DNA of 64,000 bases from an uncultured delta proteobacterium (GCA_963760795.1 CAVXEP010000029.1:1-64000); one strand, 5' to 3'. Shown: positions 8,873 through 20,308, counted from the stretch's first letter. Program-made: numbers and translations. Notes: generated by a model not told the origin, from the sequence alone.

Positions 8873-10930
8873 CTAACTTTCAAGCAGTGGTTTCAAACCA
8901 TCCCAACTCGTCACCGGCGCCGAGCAGGTAAAATTATGGCAGACGTACGCAGTCGGATTTCCCCCGACTTGCGATTTCCCCTGCAACAAGGGCGAGAGTT
9001 TCTCCAGCGATTCATCGGGACGCGCCAGCTGAAGCGTCATGTTCGGTTGGTAGACGGAATGGATCTTCGTCAACAACTCCTCGACTCTCCGATCCTCTCG
9101 TTCGCCAACAATCACGACCTCTTTGGGTTTCTCCAAGTAGAAATCCAACGCGCATAACAGATGCGCGAAACCGAACGGCTGGCTCTCCATGGCGTCATAG
9201 TAAGAGCGCAGCACTTTTTCCGCGTAATGAAAATATCGCTCCTCGCCGGTGATATGGGACAAGCGCAGCAACAGCTGCGTCGCCAAGGCGTTGCCCGAGG
9301 GAATCGACGCATCGAAGATCGGTTTGGCCCGGCTGATCAGTTTCTCGTGGGAATTGCCGGTGGAAAAAAACCCGCCGTCCTGTTCGTCCCAAAACTCCCG
9401 CAGCATGATCTCAGTGAGTTCAATCGCCCGCGACAATGCCGAACGGTCAAACAGCGCCTCATAGATATCGAGCAAGCCGACCGCCGTGAATGCGTAGTCA
9501 TCGAGGTAACCCAACAGCTTCGCCCGGCCGTCTTTGTAGGTGTGCAAAAGAAAACCGTCGCGAAATAATTTTGTAAAAATAAACTCGATGGTGCGCTTCG
9601 CCGCATCAATATATGCAGGTTGCGGAGAAATCTTGATCGCCTCAGCCAGCCCGGAAAGCATCAGACCGTTCCATGCGGTGATAATTTTCTCGTCGCGAAA
9701 CGGCTTGATACGTTTTTCGCGCTCGATGAACAGTTTTTGCTTCGCGTTGGCGATCACCCGTTCGATCTCACCCAGCTCCATGCGAAAGTATTTGCTCGCC
9801 TGCTCGAGGGTAAGAATCGGATGGATAATATTTTTCTCCTCGAAGTTACCGCTCTCGGTGACATCGTAAATCCGGCAAAAGATCGCGCCGTCGGCTTCAC
9901 CGAGAATTTGCATGACCTCTGCTTCGGACCAGACAAAGAATTTTCCTTCCACGCCTTCGCTGTCGGCGTCCTGGGTCGAGTAAAACCCGCCCTCAGGCTG
10001 GAGCATCTCGCGCAGTAGATAAGTCACAGTTTCGTCGACGACTGCTTTGAACAGCGGCTCCTGGGTTGCCTTGAACGCATGGGCATAAATACGCACCAGC
10101 TGGCCATTGTCGTAGAGCATTTTTTCAAAATGCGGCACCAACCATTTGGCATCGACCGAATAGCGATGAAAGCCGCCGCCAAGATGGTCGTAGATCCCGC
10201 CACGAGCCATCTTGGTCAGGGTATGCGTAACCATCTCCAGATAGCGCGAACTCTTCGAGTGATGGTGATAGCGCAAGAACAGTTCATAGACGCCGGCATT
10301 GGGAAACTTGGGCGCTTGGCCAAGACCGCCGTTATCCGCGTCGTAAGCCTGGGCAACTTTCGCCGCGCCCTCGGCGATGATCGTCTTGGAAAATGATTTC
10401 GCGGTCTCCGCGGACTCCGCCATGCGTTGCAATGCGCCGAGAATCTGCGTGACACTCTTTTCGACATCCAGCGGACGTTCCCGATAGGCCTGATTCACTC
10501 CCATGAGCACCCGCGGAAACCCCGGCATGCCGCCACGGTCTTCCGGCGGGAAATAGGTGCCGCCGTAGAATGGCTTGCGATCCGGTGTCAGAAACAGCGT
10601 CATCGGCCAACCGCCGCGCCCGGTGAGCATTTGCACCGCGCTCATATAAATCTCATCGAGATCCGGCCGCTCTTCCCGGTCGACTTTAATATTGACGAAC
10701 AGCTCGTTCATCAAGCGGGCGATCTCTTCGTTCTCGAAAGACTCGCGCTCCATCACATGACACCAGTGACAGGCGGAATAGCCGATGCTCAGCAGTATCG
10801 GTTTGTCTTCCGCCTTGGCTTTTTGGAACGCCTCCTCACCCCAGCCATACCAATCCACCGGATTGTGCGCGTGTTGCAGCAAATACGGGCTGGTCTCGTC
10901 GATCAGGCGATTGGTATTTTGGTGTGCCAT
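8873..10930 (-). CDS. Thioredoxin-domain protein, YyaL/SSP411 family
   Basis: [48 protein letters not shown]. Confidence 0.95.
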   Translation of the reverse strand: MAHQNTNRLIDETSPYLLQHAHNPVDWYGWGEEAFQKAKAEDKPILLSIGYSACHWCHVMERESFENEEIARLMNELFVNIKVDREERPDLDEIYMSAVQMLTGRGGWPMTLFLTPDRKPFYGGTYFPPEDRGGMPGFPRVLMGVNQAYRERPLDVEKSVTQILGALQRMAESAETAKSFSKTIIAEGAAKVAQAYDADNGGLGQAPKFPNAGVYELFLRYHHHSKSSRYLEMVTHTLTKMARGGIYDHLGGGFHRYSVDAKWLVPHFEKMLYDNGQLVRIYAHAFKATQEPLFKAVVDETVTYLLREMLQPEGGFYSTQDADSEGVEGKFFVWSEAEVMQILGEADGAIFCRIYDVTESGNFEEKNIIHPILTLEQASKYFRMELGEIERVIANAKQKLFIEREKRIKPFRDEKIITAWNGLMLSGLAEAIKISPQPAYIDAAKRTIEFIFTKLFRDGFLLHTYKDGRAKLLGYLDDYAFTAVGLLDIYEALFDRSALSRAIELTEIMLREFWDEQDGGFFSTGNSHEKLISRAKPIFDASIPSGNALATQLLLRLSHITGEERYFHYAEKVLRSYYDAMESQPFGFAHLLCALDFYLEKPKEVVIVGEREDRRVEELLTKIHSVYQPNMTLQLARPDESLEKLSPLLQGKSQVGGNPTAYVCHNFTCSAPVTSWDGLKPLLES

Positions 10931-10942
10931 CGAAATCCTGGC

Positions 10943-11146
10943 TCAGCGCACTTTCAAGTCGAACGCCACCGGACCTTTGTCGCCCTTGCGGGTTTGGAAC
11001 TGCACAGTGTCGCCTTCGTTGATATCCTCGATCTGCACCCGCGGCGCTAAACTGCTGCGATGAAAGAAAACATCTTCGCTGCTATCGTCCGGCTTGATAA
11101 ATCCGAAACCTTTATCGCGCATGATTTTCTTGATTACACCGGTCAT
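10943..11146 (-). CDS. Cold-shock domain protein
   Basis: KGFGFI (RNP1), DVFFH (RNP2), KGPVA; GAGG RBS before ATG 11146. Confidence 0.9.
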   Translation of the reverse strand: MTGVIKKIMRDKGFGFIKPDDSSEDVFFHRSSLAPRVQIEDINEGDTVQFQTRKGDKGPVAFDLKVR

Positions 11147-11183
11147 CGTATCACCTCTTCCCTGCGCATAGCGCAGCACTGGC

Positions 11184-11212
11184 TTGACAATTTCTGAGCC
11201 ACTCCCTAGTTT
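11184..11212 (+). promoter_or_regulatory. Putative sigma70 promoter
   Basis: TTGACA-N17-TAGTTT about 30 bp before TTG 11244. Confidence 0.5.
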
Positions 11213-11243
11213 GAGCTTGCAGTTTCATACAACTAAAAGCCGC

Positions 11244-12327
11244 TTGAGTTCAATTCTCTTCTATATAACCGGTCACGGCTTCGGTCATGCCATCCGTTCG
11301 CAACAAGTAGTGCGGGCCCTGATGACTATCCGCCCGGCAGCTGCGCATTCACGTCCGTACCACCGCGCCGGAATGGATTTTTCACGACACCACCGTGCCG
11401 ATCCACTATTCGCACCAGGCCATCGATACCGGCATCGTTCAAACCGACAGCCTGCACATGGATTTGTCCAAAACTTTAGCCGCCTGTCGCGAGATTTACA
11501 GCAACCCGCAAAAACTTATCGAACAGGAACTGGCATTCATAAAAGCCAACGCCATCGATCTAGTCGTCGGCGACACACCGCCGCTCGCTTTTGAGATCGC
11601 GGCCCAAGCGGGTGTGCCGTCTGTCTCCATCGCCAATTTTACCTGGGACGTGATCTACCGCGCTTATGTAGAATCATTCACCGAATTCGCGCCGTTAATC
11701 GACACCATGACGCAATATTACGGCAAAGCCACCGCTGCGCTTACCCTACCATATCCCTGCGATACCGCCATGTTTCCGCGCCAGCAGGCGATCCCGTGGA
11801 TTACCCGAACATCCGATTTAACCAAGGAACAGGCACGCCAGGCATTCAACTTACCACAGGCAGCAACCATCGTGTTGCTCGCCTTCGGCGGCTTGGGTCT
11901 CGATCGTTTACCATGGAACCAACTGGCACGGCAGCGGCGATACTTTTTCGTCACCACCGGAACAAGCCATCGACAGGAGAGCAATCTCCTCACCTTGCCG
12001 GCAACCCAAACTCACTACCAAGACCTGCTATGCACGGCCGACGCCATCGTCACCAAACCCGGCTATGGGATCGTCGCCGATGTTCTGGCGCAGCGCGTGC
12101 CGGTCCTCTACACCGACCGCGGCGACTTCGCCGAATATCCGCAGCTGGTAGCGGCATTGAGTGACTGCGCCACGGCGGAGTTCATTCCACAGCAGGAGCT
12201 CCTGGGCGGCAATTGGTCGTCATATCTGAGCCGCTTGCTGGCCAAACCGCCGCATTGGCCCGAGATCGAATTGAACGGCGCCCAGGTCGCAGCGCAGAAG
12301 ATTCTCTCGCTGTTGGATGCGTCTTGA
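11244..12327 (+). CDS. GT-B glycosyltransferase-like protein (resembles N-terminal domain of plant L-arabinokinase), +1 frameshift at about 11336
   Basis: [14 protein letters not shown], (frame change) [31 protein letters not shown]. Confidence 0.75.
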
Positions 12328-12391
12328 TTTATCCCGTGCGCGCTATGAGTTGACAGTGCCGACCGACTCAGCCAGACTTGAAAACAACTTT

Positions 12392-13331
12392 ATGGCCATT
12401 GAAAAAGTGATTCTCGCCAAGCCCCGCGGCTTTTGTGCCGGCGTCGAAATGGCAATCGAGAGCGTCGATCGGGCCTTGGCGCAACATGGCGCGCCGCTCT
12501 ACGTGTTTCATGAGATCGTCCACAATCAGAATGTCGTCGATAATTTCAAACAAAAAGGTGTCGTGTTTGTCAACTCCATCGCCGAAGTGCCGGCAGGATC
12601 GAATGTTATCTTCAGCGCCCACGGCGTCTCGCCGGCCGATCCGGCAGCAGGCCAAAGAAAAACAGTTACACTGGGTCATCGACGCCACCTGTCCGTTGGT
12701 CGACAAAGTCCATCGCGAGGTACGCAAATTTGTCGCCCAAGACTACTGGATAATCCTGGTCGGCCACCGCGACCATGACGAGATCGTCGGCACCAGCGGC
12801 GAAGCTCCGCAGCGCACACTGGTCGTCGAGAACGTCGCCGAAGCCAAGGCGATCATGCCGCCGAATCCGCAGAAACTCGTTGTCCTAACGCAAACGACAC
12901 TGAGCGTCGATGACACCAAAGAAATCATTGACGTCCTCAAGCAGCGCTTTCCCAAGATGATCACTCCGGCGAAGGAGGACATCTGTTACGCCACGCAAAA
13001 CCGCCAGGACGCGGTCAAGCAATTGGCGCTGCAAGTCGATCTGGTGCTGGTCATCGGTTCGAAGAATAGCGAAAACTCCAATCAACTGGTAAAAGTCGCC
13101 CGCGCCCTGGGCAAGCCGGCATACCTCATCGACGACCAGAGCGCTATCGACGCGCAATGGTTGAAGGGAATTTCAATAGTCGGCATCACTTCCGGCGCAT
13201 CGGTGCCGGAACAACTGGTCCAACAAGCCGTGGAGTTTTTTCAAAGCCAAGGCGCAACGGTGGAACAACTCGGCTTGGTCGAAGAGAATATCCATTTTGC
13301 CCTACCCAGCGAGGTTACCGCCCTACAGTAA
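12392..13331 (+). CDS. ispH: 4-hydroxy-3-methylbut-2-enyl diphosphate reductase, +1 frameshift at about 12636
   Basis: [43 protein letters not shown]. Confidence 0.95.
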
Positions 13332-13374
13332 CCGATATCTGGCGGGCGATTCCAATCGGAATGAAGGAGTCCCC

Positions 13375-13767
13375 ATGGCACGCATCGTTCACATCGCGGT
13401 CAAAGTTGACGATTTAGAAAAGGCTACGGAGTTTTACGAAAAGACATTTGGCTTCGTCGAAGTGCAAACCGGCCAAGTCCGCGACCATACGTCGCGCCAC
13501 CTAAGTGACGGCGCCATCGACCTCGCTCTGATCAAATATGACAGCGAAGATTCGGCCGAATCCCGCGCCGCCGGTCTGGGACCATGCATCCATCACTTCG
13601 GCATCGAAGTCGACGACATGAAAATGTCGGCCGCCGAGTTGGCAAAATACGGCTGTGAAATTATCAGCGCACCGGGCGTGATCCCGATCAAATTCCGCGC
13701 CCCCGGCGGCACCGTCGCGGAAATCTCGCCCAAAGCGCGCTACAAACAGGCGAAAGACAACTCCTAG
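13375..13767 (+). CDS. VOC/glyoxalase family protein
   Basis: HIAVKVDDLEKATEFYEKTFG, HHFGIEVDD; AAGGAG RBS. Confidence 0.85.
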   Translation: MARIVHIAVKVDDLEKATEFYEKTFGFVEVQTGQVRDHTSRHLSDGAIDLALIKYDSEDSAESRAAGLGPCIHHFGIEVDDMKMSAAELAKYGCEIISAPGVIPIKFRAPGGTVAEISPKARYKQAKDNS

Positions 13768-13785
13768 AAAGAAGGAGCATCGACA

Positions 13786-14256
13786 ATGGCGCTTCATTGC
13801 AAGGCCGAAGATATTCCCAATCGCCAAGTCGTCCGCAGCGGCGAACAGGGCGTCGGATCGATGATCGTAAAACGCGCCTACGGCAGCGCATGCAGCTTGA
13901 TGCACGCGGTGCGCGCACCGGGCTATCACACCACGCCCCATGCCCATGCCGCCGAGCAGCTCAATCATGTGCTCCAAGGCGAGATTTGGTTCTTCGTGGA
14001 AAATGAAGGGTTTCATTGCAAGGCCGGCGACTTCCAGCGCGTGCCGTCAAACAAGATTCACTGGGCGTGGAACCGTTCCAACGCCGATGCCATCGTCGTC
14101 GAGGCCCATTCCCCGGCGCTGGTCGCCGGGCCACAGAGCGAAGGCTCCATCGGTCTCTTCGCCGACGGGGAGATCGCCGCAGCGAAGGAGCCGAGCCAAA
14201 ACAACTTCGTTCCCTACGACTGGCAGGGCGTCGAACGGAAAATATTTGCCGGCTAA
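13786..14256 (+). CDS. Cupin domain protein
   Basis: PHAHAAEQ ... GDFQRVPSNKIH motif pair. Confidence 0.85.
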   Translation: MALHCKAEDIPNRQVVRSGEQGVGSMIVKRAYGSACSLMHAVRAPGYHTTPHAHAAEQLNHVLQGEIWFFVENEGFHCKAGDFQRVPSNKIHWAWNRSNADAIVVEAHSPALVAGPQSEGSIGLFADGEIAAAKEPSQNNFVPYDWQGVERKIFAG

Positions 14257-14347
14257 GTCATTCCCTGCCCTTCACCCAACCCACGTAGCGCCAAGCCTCG
14301 CGATGATATTGAACCGGAATTCCGCAGTTCTGCCTCAGCAACCCAGC

Positions 14348-14522
14348 CGGCAAGGGGTAAGTCCGGAGCAATGAAGCCACCCAACTGCACAGTCGCAAAG
14401 TCATACTTCACTCGCAGCTCCAAACTTACACTTACCTGCCGCGCTAACCGGACGCACCTAGTAACATCAACGCTCAGAGGTAGAGGCCCATTGGCTTCAC
14501 TGCGGAGGCTTGCCCCTTGCCG
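14348..14522. repeat. ~175-bp intergenic element with ~30-bp imperfect terminal inverted repeats
   Basis: CGGCAAGGGGTAAGTCCGGAGCAATGAAGCCA ... TGGCTTCACTGCGGAGGCTTGCCCCTTGCCG. Confidence 0.65.
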
Positions 14523-14624
14523 CCTCGCTCACGGCCGACTGCGAACACGAGCGAAAGCCATTAGCCATTGACAAATTCGCTTGTGAAAAACCGCGATCAG
14601 GCGTAATAACCGCACTCACAGCCG

Positions 14625-15095
14625 ATGCTCCCTGGGATTCGCGATAAGACCGGTTTCACCGCCGCACTATGCCTAGCGGTATTCGGCGCTTATGTCACAT
14701 ACACCGGCTCGAAGCTCTCCTATGTATCGGAAGTCGGTCCCGGACCAGGCTTCTTTCCGTTCTGGATCGGCACCGGCCTACTGCTGTTTTCCTGCTACCA
14801 GGCGATTCTGAGCTTGTCGGCGCCGCGAAAGCAAAGCGAAACTGCCGAGCTTAGCTGGCGCGGCTCCGGTCGCGCCCTCGCCGGCTGGCTCACCATGGCG
14901 CTATCGATTTTCCTTTACCGCTGGATCGGCTTCGCCGCCAGTTTCGTGCTTCTGACAATCTTTTTTATCGTCGTGATCGAACGCCGGCCCGCCTTGCCCG
15001 CGCTTGGCATTGGCGTCGCCCTGGCTCTGACTTTTCATCTGCTCTTTGTTGTCGCGCTGGGAGTTTCATTGCCCGCCGGCCCCTGGGGTTTCTGA
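14625..15095 (+). CDS. tctB: Tripartite tricarboxylate transporter TctB
   Basis: GPGPGFFP, 4-5 TM segments, C-terminal LGVSLPAG; precedes tctA. Confidence 0.85.
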   Translation: MLPGIRDKTGFTAALCLAVFGAYVTYTGSKLSYVSEVGPGPGFFPFWIGTGLLLFSCYQAILSLSAPRKQSETAELSWRGSGRALAGWLTMALSIFLYRWIGFAASFVLLTIFFIVVIERRPALPALGIGVALALTFHLLFVVALGVSLPAGPWGF

Positions 15096-15118
15096 GTTTT
15101 TAATCGACTAGCGCAATC

Positions 15119-16632
15119 ATGGACGCACTGGGAAATCTTCTGCTTGGCTTTTCGGTGGCGCTGGCACCGGTCAATCTATTTTGGTGTTTTGTCGGCGTGG
15201 TTCTGGGCACCGTCGTCGGTGTGCTGCCAGGCTTGGGACCAGCCGCCACCATCGCCATGCTGCTGCCGCTCACGCTCAAGATGGATCACACCACGGCGAT
15301 CATCACCTTGGCGGGCATTTTCTACGGCGCCCGTTACGGCGGCTCGACGACGTCGATATTGCTCAACATGCCGGGCGAGTCGTCTTCGGTCGCGACCTGT
15401 CTCGACGGTTATCAGATGGCGCGCAACGGCCGGGCCGGCGCCGCCTTGGGAATCTCCGCCATCGCTTCGTTTATCGCCGGGACCGTAGGCGTGCTCGGAT
15501 TGATGCTGATCGCGCCGCCGCTGGCCCGTTTCGCCTTGCGTTTCGCCCCGCCGGAATATTTCGCCCTGATGGTCCTGGGCCTCGCCATGGTGGTATTTCT
15601 TGCCGGCGATTCCATGGTCAAAGCATTGTTGGCACTGCTCGTCGGTTTGTGGCTCGCCACCATCGGCACCGATTTGTTTACCGCCGAATCGCGCTTCACC
15701 TTCGGTCAGGCAAAGCTGCTTGGCGGCGTCGATTTTATCGCCGCTACAGTCGGCATCTTCGCCGTCGGTGAAGTGCTGGTGAATTTAGAATCGCGCGCCG
15801 GCGGCGAGATCGTCAAATTACCCAGAGGAATTAGAAATCTGTTGCCGACGCTGCAAGATCTCAAGGACTGCCGCTTCGCCTTCGTCAACGGTTCTTTAAT
15901 CGGCTTTTTCGTCGGCGCACTACCCGGCGCCGGCGCCACCGTCGCGTCCTTTTTATCCTACGGTCTGGAAAAAGCGGTATCGCGCCATCCGGAAAAATTC
16001 GGCACCGGCGTCATCGAAGGGGTCGCCGCCCCCGAGGGCGCCAACAACGCCGACGCCGGCGGCGCACTGGTGCCCTTGCTGACTTTGGGGATTCCCGGCG
16101 GCAACACCACGGCGATTCTGCTCGGTGGACTGATTCTGTGGGGTTACAAACCCGGGCCACTGCTGATCCAGGAACATCCGCGAACTGTTTTGGGGACTGG
16201 TCGCGAGCATGTATGTGGGCAACGTCTTGCTCTTGGTGCTCAATCTGCCGCTGGTGCCGCTGTTCGCGCAGATTTTGCGCCTGCCCAGCTATGTGCTCCA
16301 TCCGTTCATCATCGGCATCTCCGTGGTCGGCGTTTATAGCGTCAACAATAGTCTCGTTCGATGTCTGGATGATGGCGCTGTTCGGCCTCTTGGGCTATTT
16401 AATGCGCAAGCTCGATTTCCCTGCCGCGGCGTTGATCTTAGGTCTGGTTTTGGGCGATGTACTGGAACGGGCGCTGCGCCAGTCGTTAATGATGTCCCAG
16501 GGCGATCTGGCGATTTTTGTAAATCGGCCGATCTCGGCGACCTTGTTGGCGATTGCCGTAGTGCTATTGTGTCTTCCCGCGCTGCGCTGGGTACGCGCTT
16601 GGCGTGCCGACGCGGTCGAACGGGAAGGTTAA
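15119..16632 (+). CDS. tctA: TctA permease, two +1 frameshifts (about 16180 and 16356)
   Basis: [53 protein letters not shown]; continues [14 protein letters not shown] and LERALRQSL in later frames. Confidence 0.9.
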
Positions 16633-16668
16633 AAGAAACTGTCAGCCAAAGAGGAAGGAGCCCCACCG

Positions 16669-17652
16669 ATGAGACGAATCAGCTATTTATTCCCCGTCGC
16701 GCTAGTTGGCGTCGCAATGCTGTTACCGCATTCCGCGGCAAGCCAAGAATTCAAACCGAGCAAGCAGATTGAAACCGTGGTCCACACCGGCCCCGGCGGC
16801 GGCTCGGATCTTTTCGCCCGCGCCATCGCCGAAATGTTGCAAAAAGAAAAAATGATTTCCCAGCGCATGCAGGTGGTTAACAAATCGGGCGGCGGCCCGG
16901 CTGTCGCCATGGCTTACCTTGCGGAGAAGAAAGGCGACACTCATACGGTCGGTTTTTACACGGGTGTTTGGGTGACTAATCCGTTGACCACGGTCGAAGC
17001 GACGGTGACGTTGAAAGATTTGACACCGATTACCCGTTTGGTTTTGGAGCCGGCGGTGATCGCGGTCAAGGCCGACTCGCCGTATAAAACCGTGAAGGAT
17101 TTCATCGAAGCGGCGAAGAAGAATCCTAAACAGCTCAATCAATCCGGCGGCACGATTCTTTCACGCGACAATCTCATGCGCCTGCTTTTGCAAAAAGCCA
17201 CCGGCGCCCAGTGGAACTTTATTTCCTTCCCGAGCGGCGGTGAACGGTTGTCCAATCTACTCGGCGGCCATGTGCAAATGATGGTCATCGAACCGCAGGA
17301 AGCCGGCGAACAGATTCGCGCCGGCAACCTGCGCGTGATCGCGACGCTCACGGAAAAACGCTTGGCGTCACTACCGAATGTGCCGACGATCAAAGAGCAG
17401 GGCATCGACGTGCCGTTGATTCCCCAGGCACGCGGCCTGCTTCTGCCGCCGGCCGCGCCAAAAGAAGTTATCGCCTATTGGGAAGGCGTGTTCGACGCTT
17501 TCGTGAAGACTCCGACCTGGAAACAATACGTCGAACAAAACCAGTTCGAGGATGCCTACCTCAAAGGCGCAGCACTCAACAAATTCATCGACGCCCTCAA
17601 AGATCAAATGCGCGAAGTGCTCAAAGAAGCCGGCGCCAAAGTGATTCGCTAA
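16669..17652 (+). CDS. tctC: TctC/Bug substrate-binding protein
   Basis: Signal peptide, GPGGGSD, VVNKSGG, LLGGHV, LPNVPTIKEQG. Confidence 0.9.
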   Translation: MRRISYLFPVALVGVAMLLPHSAASQEFKPSKQIETVVHTGPGGGSDLFARAIAEMLQKEKMISQRMQVVNKSGGGPAVAMAYLAEKKGDTHTVGFYTGVWVTNPLTTVEATVTLKDLTPITRLVLEPAVIAVKADSPYKTVKDFIEAAKKNPKQLNQSGGTILSRDNLMRLLLQKATGAQWNFISFPSGGERLSNLLGGHVQMMVIEPQEAGEQIRAGNLRVIATLTEKRLASLPNVPTIKEQGIDVPLIPQARGLLLPPAAPKEVIAYWEGVFDAFVKTPTWKQYVEQNQFEDAYLKGAALNKFIDALKDQMREVLKEAGAKVIR

Positions 17653-17661
17653 GGCAAGGCA

Positions 17662-19029
17662 ATGAATGCAACCCAGACCCTGGCGCGCTACGCGCTCAAA
17701 CTGCGCTACCGCGACATTCCCGGCGAAGTGATCGAGCGCGCCAAGGCGTGCATCCTCGATACTCTGGCCGTTTCGCTCTATGGCTCGACCAAGCCGTGGA
17801 GCAAAACCGTCAGCGAATTTGTCCGCAGCGCCGGCTCGAAAGGCAACGCCACCGTCTTCGGCGCCAAGCAAAAAGCGTCACCGGAACGCGCCGCCCTGGC
17901 CAATGGCACCATGGCCCATGCCTTCGAACTCGACAATGTCCGTCAACCTGGCGCTGGGGTTCATCCCGGCGCCACGGCTTTTTTGCCGGCCTTCGCCGTG
18001 GCGGAGAATGAAAAGTCCGATGGCAAAGCGTTGCTTACGGCATTCGTCGCCGGCTGCGAAGTCATGTCGCGCATCGGAGTCGCCGCAGGGAACTCTCTTG
18101 AGCGGCGCGGTTTTCATGCGCCCGGATTGACCGGCACCTTCGGCGCCGCCGTCGCCGCCGGCCGATTGTTAAAGCTCAAAGAGAAACAGCTGGTCAACGC
18201 CCTGGGCATCGCCGGTTCTTACTCTGGCGGCTTGATCGAATTCTCACGCTGTCAGGAAGGCGCCATGATCAAGCGGCTCCATCTTGGCAAGGCCGCCGAA
18301 GGCGGTGTCACCGCGGCGCTGTTGGCCCGCCGCGGCTTCGCCGGTCCCGAAAGCGTGCTCGAAGGCAAGTTCGGTTTCTGCCAAAGCTTTTCCGATTCGC
18401 CCAAACTTGAATATCTCACCCACCGCTTGGGGCAAGAATGGGAAAGCATGAACATCTGCATCAAGCGCTGCGCCTGTCATATCAACGCCCACGCGCCGAT
18501 TGAAGCGCTGCAAAATCTGCGCGCCGAGCTTGGCTTCCGCCCCGAGGACATTCGCGCCATCACCATCGGCGGCATTGAAAAACTGCTCAGCCATCACGCC
18601 AACTACCAACCCACCGATCTGATGATGGCGCAGTACAGCATTCCCTTTTGTGTCGCTCTGAGCGTTTATTTCGATCCCACCGATCCGGCGAGCTTCGACG
18701 CGGGCAAACTCAAGGACAAAAAGATCGCCGCGCTGATGCGCAAGATTCACCTCGAAGTGGATCACGAAATCGAAGAAAAAGGCTGGGACCGTGCCGCGCG
18801 GGTGAGCATCGAACTCGCCGACAAGCGACGTGAATCGAAGCTGGTCATCCATTTCAAAGGCACGCCGCACAACCCACTCAGCCCCGCAGAAGTACAAGCC
18901 AAAGCAAGCAAACTTATGCGCGGGATTATCACCGAGCGGCAGTTAGTAAAGCTCGTGAATCTGGTCCAGCAATTAGAAAAAGTAGCCGATGTTGGACAAA
19001 TCGGCGATCTGTTACGCGGTGCAAGATGA
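17662..19029 (+). CDS. MmgE/PrpD family protein
   Basis: ALANGTMAHAFELD, HPG, GFH, KRLHLGKAA, AQYSIP, KGTPHNPLS. Confidence 0.92.
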   Translation: MNATQTLARYALKLRYRDIPGEVIERAKACILDTLAVSLYGSTKPWSKTVSEFVRSAGSKGNATVFGAKQKASPERAALANGTMAHAFELDNVRQPGAGVHPGATAFLPAFAVAENEKSDGKALLTAFVAGCEVMSRIGVAAGNSLERRGFHAPGLTGTFGAAVAAGRLLKLKEKQLVNALGIAGSYSGGLIEFSRCQEGAMIKRLHLGKAAEGGVTAALLARRGFAGPESVLEGKFGFCQSFSDSPKLEYLTHRLGQEWESMNICIKRCACHINAHAPIEALQNLRAELGFRPEDIRAITIGGIEKLLSHHANYQPTDLMMAQYSIPFCVALSVYFDPTDPASFDAGKLKDKKIAALMRKIHLEVDHEIEEKGWDRAARVSIELADKRRESKLVIHFKGTPHNPLSPAEVQAKASKLMRGIITERQLVKLVNLVQQLEKVADVGQIGDLLRGAR

Positions 19030-20144
19030 AAATTGCTGCGATCGATAGTTATGCGCTGATTCTACCGGTCAAGGAAATCTACGGCGGTGCCGCCGGCTAT
19101 CTCGAAGACTGCCGAACTCTCATCATCAGGGTCGAAACCGACAATGGCATCGAGGGTTGGGGCGAGGCCACCCAAGGCCGCCCCGGTAATACCTATGAAA
19201 CACTGGAAACCATGGCGATCATGGTGCGGCGTTATTTCGCGCCGGCATTGATCGGCATGGACGTCGAAGAAACCGGCGCGGTCGTAAACCAACTGCATGG
19301 CGTGCGCTCTGGTCACCCCATCGCTAAAGCCGGCGTTGAAACCGCCATCTACGATGCCGTGGCGAAATTTTGTAACCTACCGCTCTATCGTCTGCTCGGT
19401 GGCCCCTACCGGCGCCAGGTTGAATTGGTCGGCGGCCTTGGCATGGATCTCGGCACCGAGACCATCGGTGCCAAGGCTCAGCAGTTGAAACAAGACGGTT
19501 ATCGCCAGTTCAAACTCAAGATCGGTCATAAAGATTTGCAAAAAGATATCGACCGCGTTCGTGCTGTCCGAGAGGTGGTTGGCGCCGAAGCGTCGATTCG
19601 CGTCGATGGTAACGCCAGCTATTCATTCGCCGACGCCCGCGAGTTATTGAATGCTTTGAGCTGTTATCACCTATCCGACGCTGAGCAGCCTTTGGCGCGT
19701 GGCGATTTAAAAAGCTTAGCCGAGCTGCGCCGCGCCGTCGGCGTGCCCATCGCCGCCCAGGAAAGCGTCACCTCGCCTGAAGACGCATTGGCGGTGCTCG
19801 AAGCCGGCGCCGCCGATCTGTTGAAAATCAAGCTCACCCATATCGGCGGCTTCCAACGCGCGTTACAAGTCGCGGCCGTGGTCAGCGCCAAAGGTCTGCC
19901 GGTGGTCATCGGCCAAGGCAGCGCCTGCACGCCGATCCTGTCGGCAGCCGAGATGCACCTGCACGCGGCGATGAAAAACGCCCAACCGGGCGGCGAAATG
20001 ACCGGCTTCCAGCGTCTCGGCGAGCAAGATATTTTTAGCGGGATCGAGGTAAAGCAAGCCAGCGCGACACTCACGAACAGAGCCGGTCTAGGCATCAGCG
20101 TGAATCGAGAGAAATTGGCGCAATTGGCAGATAACAATTTCTAG
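19026..20144 (+). CDS. Muconate-cycloisomerase-like enolase superfamily enzyme
   Basis: GWGEA, ETAIYD, FKLKIG, RVDGN, EQP, QES, KIKL. Confidence 0.88.
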   Translation: MKIAAIDSYALILPVKEIYGGAAGYLEDCRTLIIRVETDNGIEGWGEATQGRPGNTYETLETMAIMVRRYFAPALIGMDVEETGAVVNQLHGVRSGHPIAKAGVETAIYDAVAKFCNLPLYRLLGGPYRRQVELVGGLGMDLGTETIGAKAQQLKQDGYRQFKLKIGHKDLQKDIDRVRAVREVVGAEASIRVDGNASYSFADARELLNALSCYHLSDAEQPLARGDLKSLAELRRAVGVPIAAQESVTSPEDALAVLEAGAADLLKIKLTHIGGFQRALQVAAVVSAKGLPVVIGQGSACTPILSAAEMHLHAAMKNAQPGGEMTGFQRLGEQDIFSGIEVKQASATLTNRAGLGISVNREKLAQLADNNF

Positions 20145-20184
20145 CGGTGCACTCAATCATACCTTCCGAGTCATTCCACTATGT

Positions 20185-20239
20185 TGCATAGATTTCAGGC
20201 ATATGCTTGAAAAATAGGCAACAGCCTAATCCTACAGCA
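20185..20239. promoter_or_regulatory. Three tandem NtrC-like boxes (TGC-N11-GCA), period 19 bp
   Basis: TGCATAGATTTCAGGCA (20185), TGCTTGAAAAATAGGCA (20204), AGCCTAATCCTACAGCA (20223). Confidence 0.7.
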
Positions 20240-20292
20240 TCGGTCGTTTCTCCTAAGTATCTAATAAATCGATCAAATTTTTCGTGACATGG

Positions 20293-20308
20293 TGGCATAA
20301 CGGTTGCT
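20293..20308 (+). promoter_or_regulatory. sigma54 promoter of amt-glnA-PII
   Basis: TGGCATAACGGTTGCT, GG-N10-GC. Confidence 0.85.
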
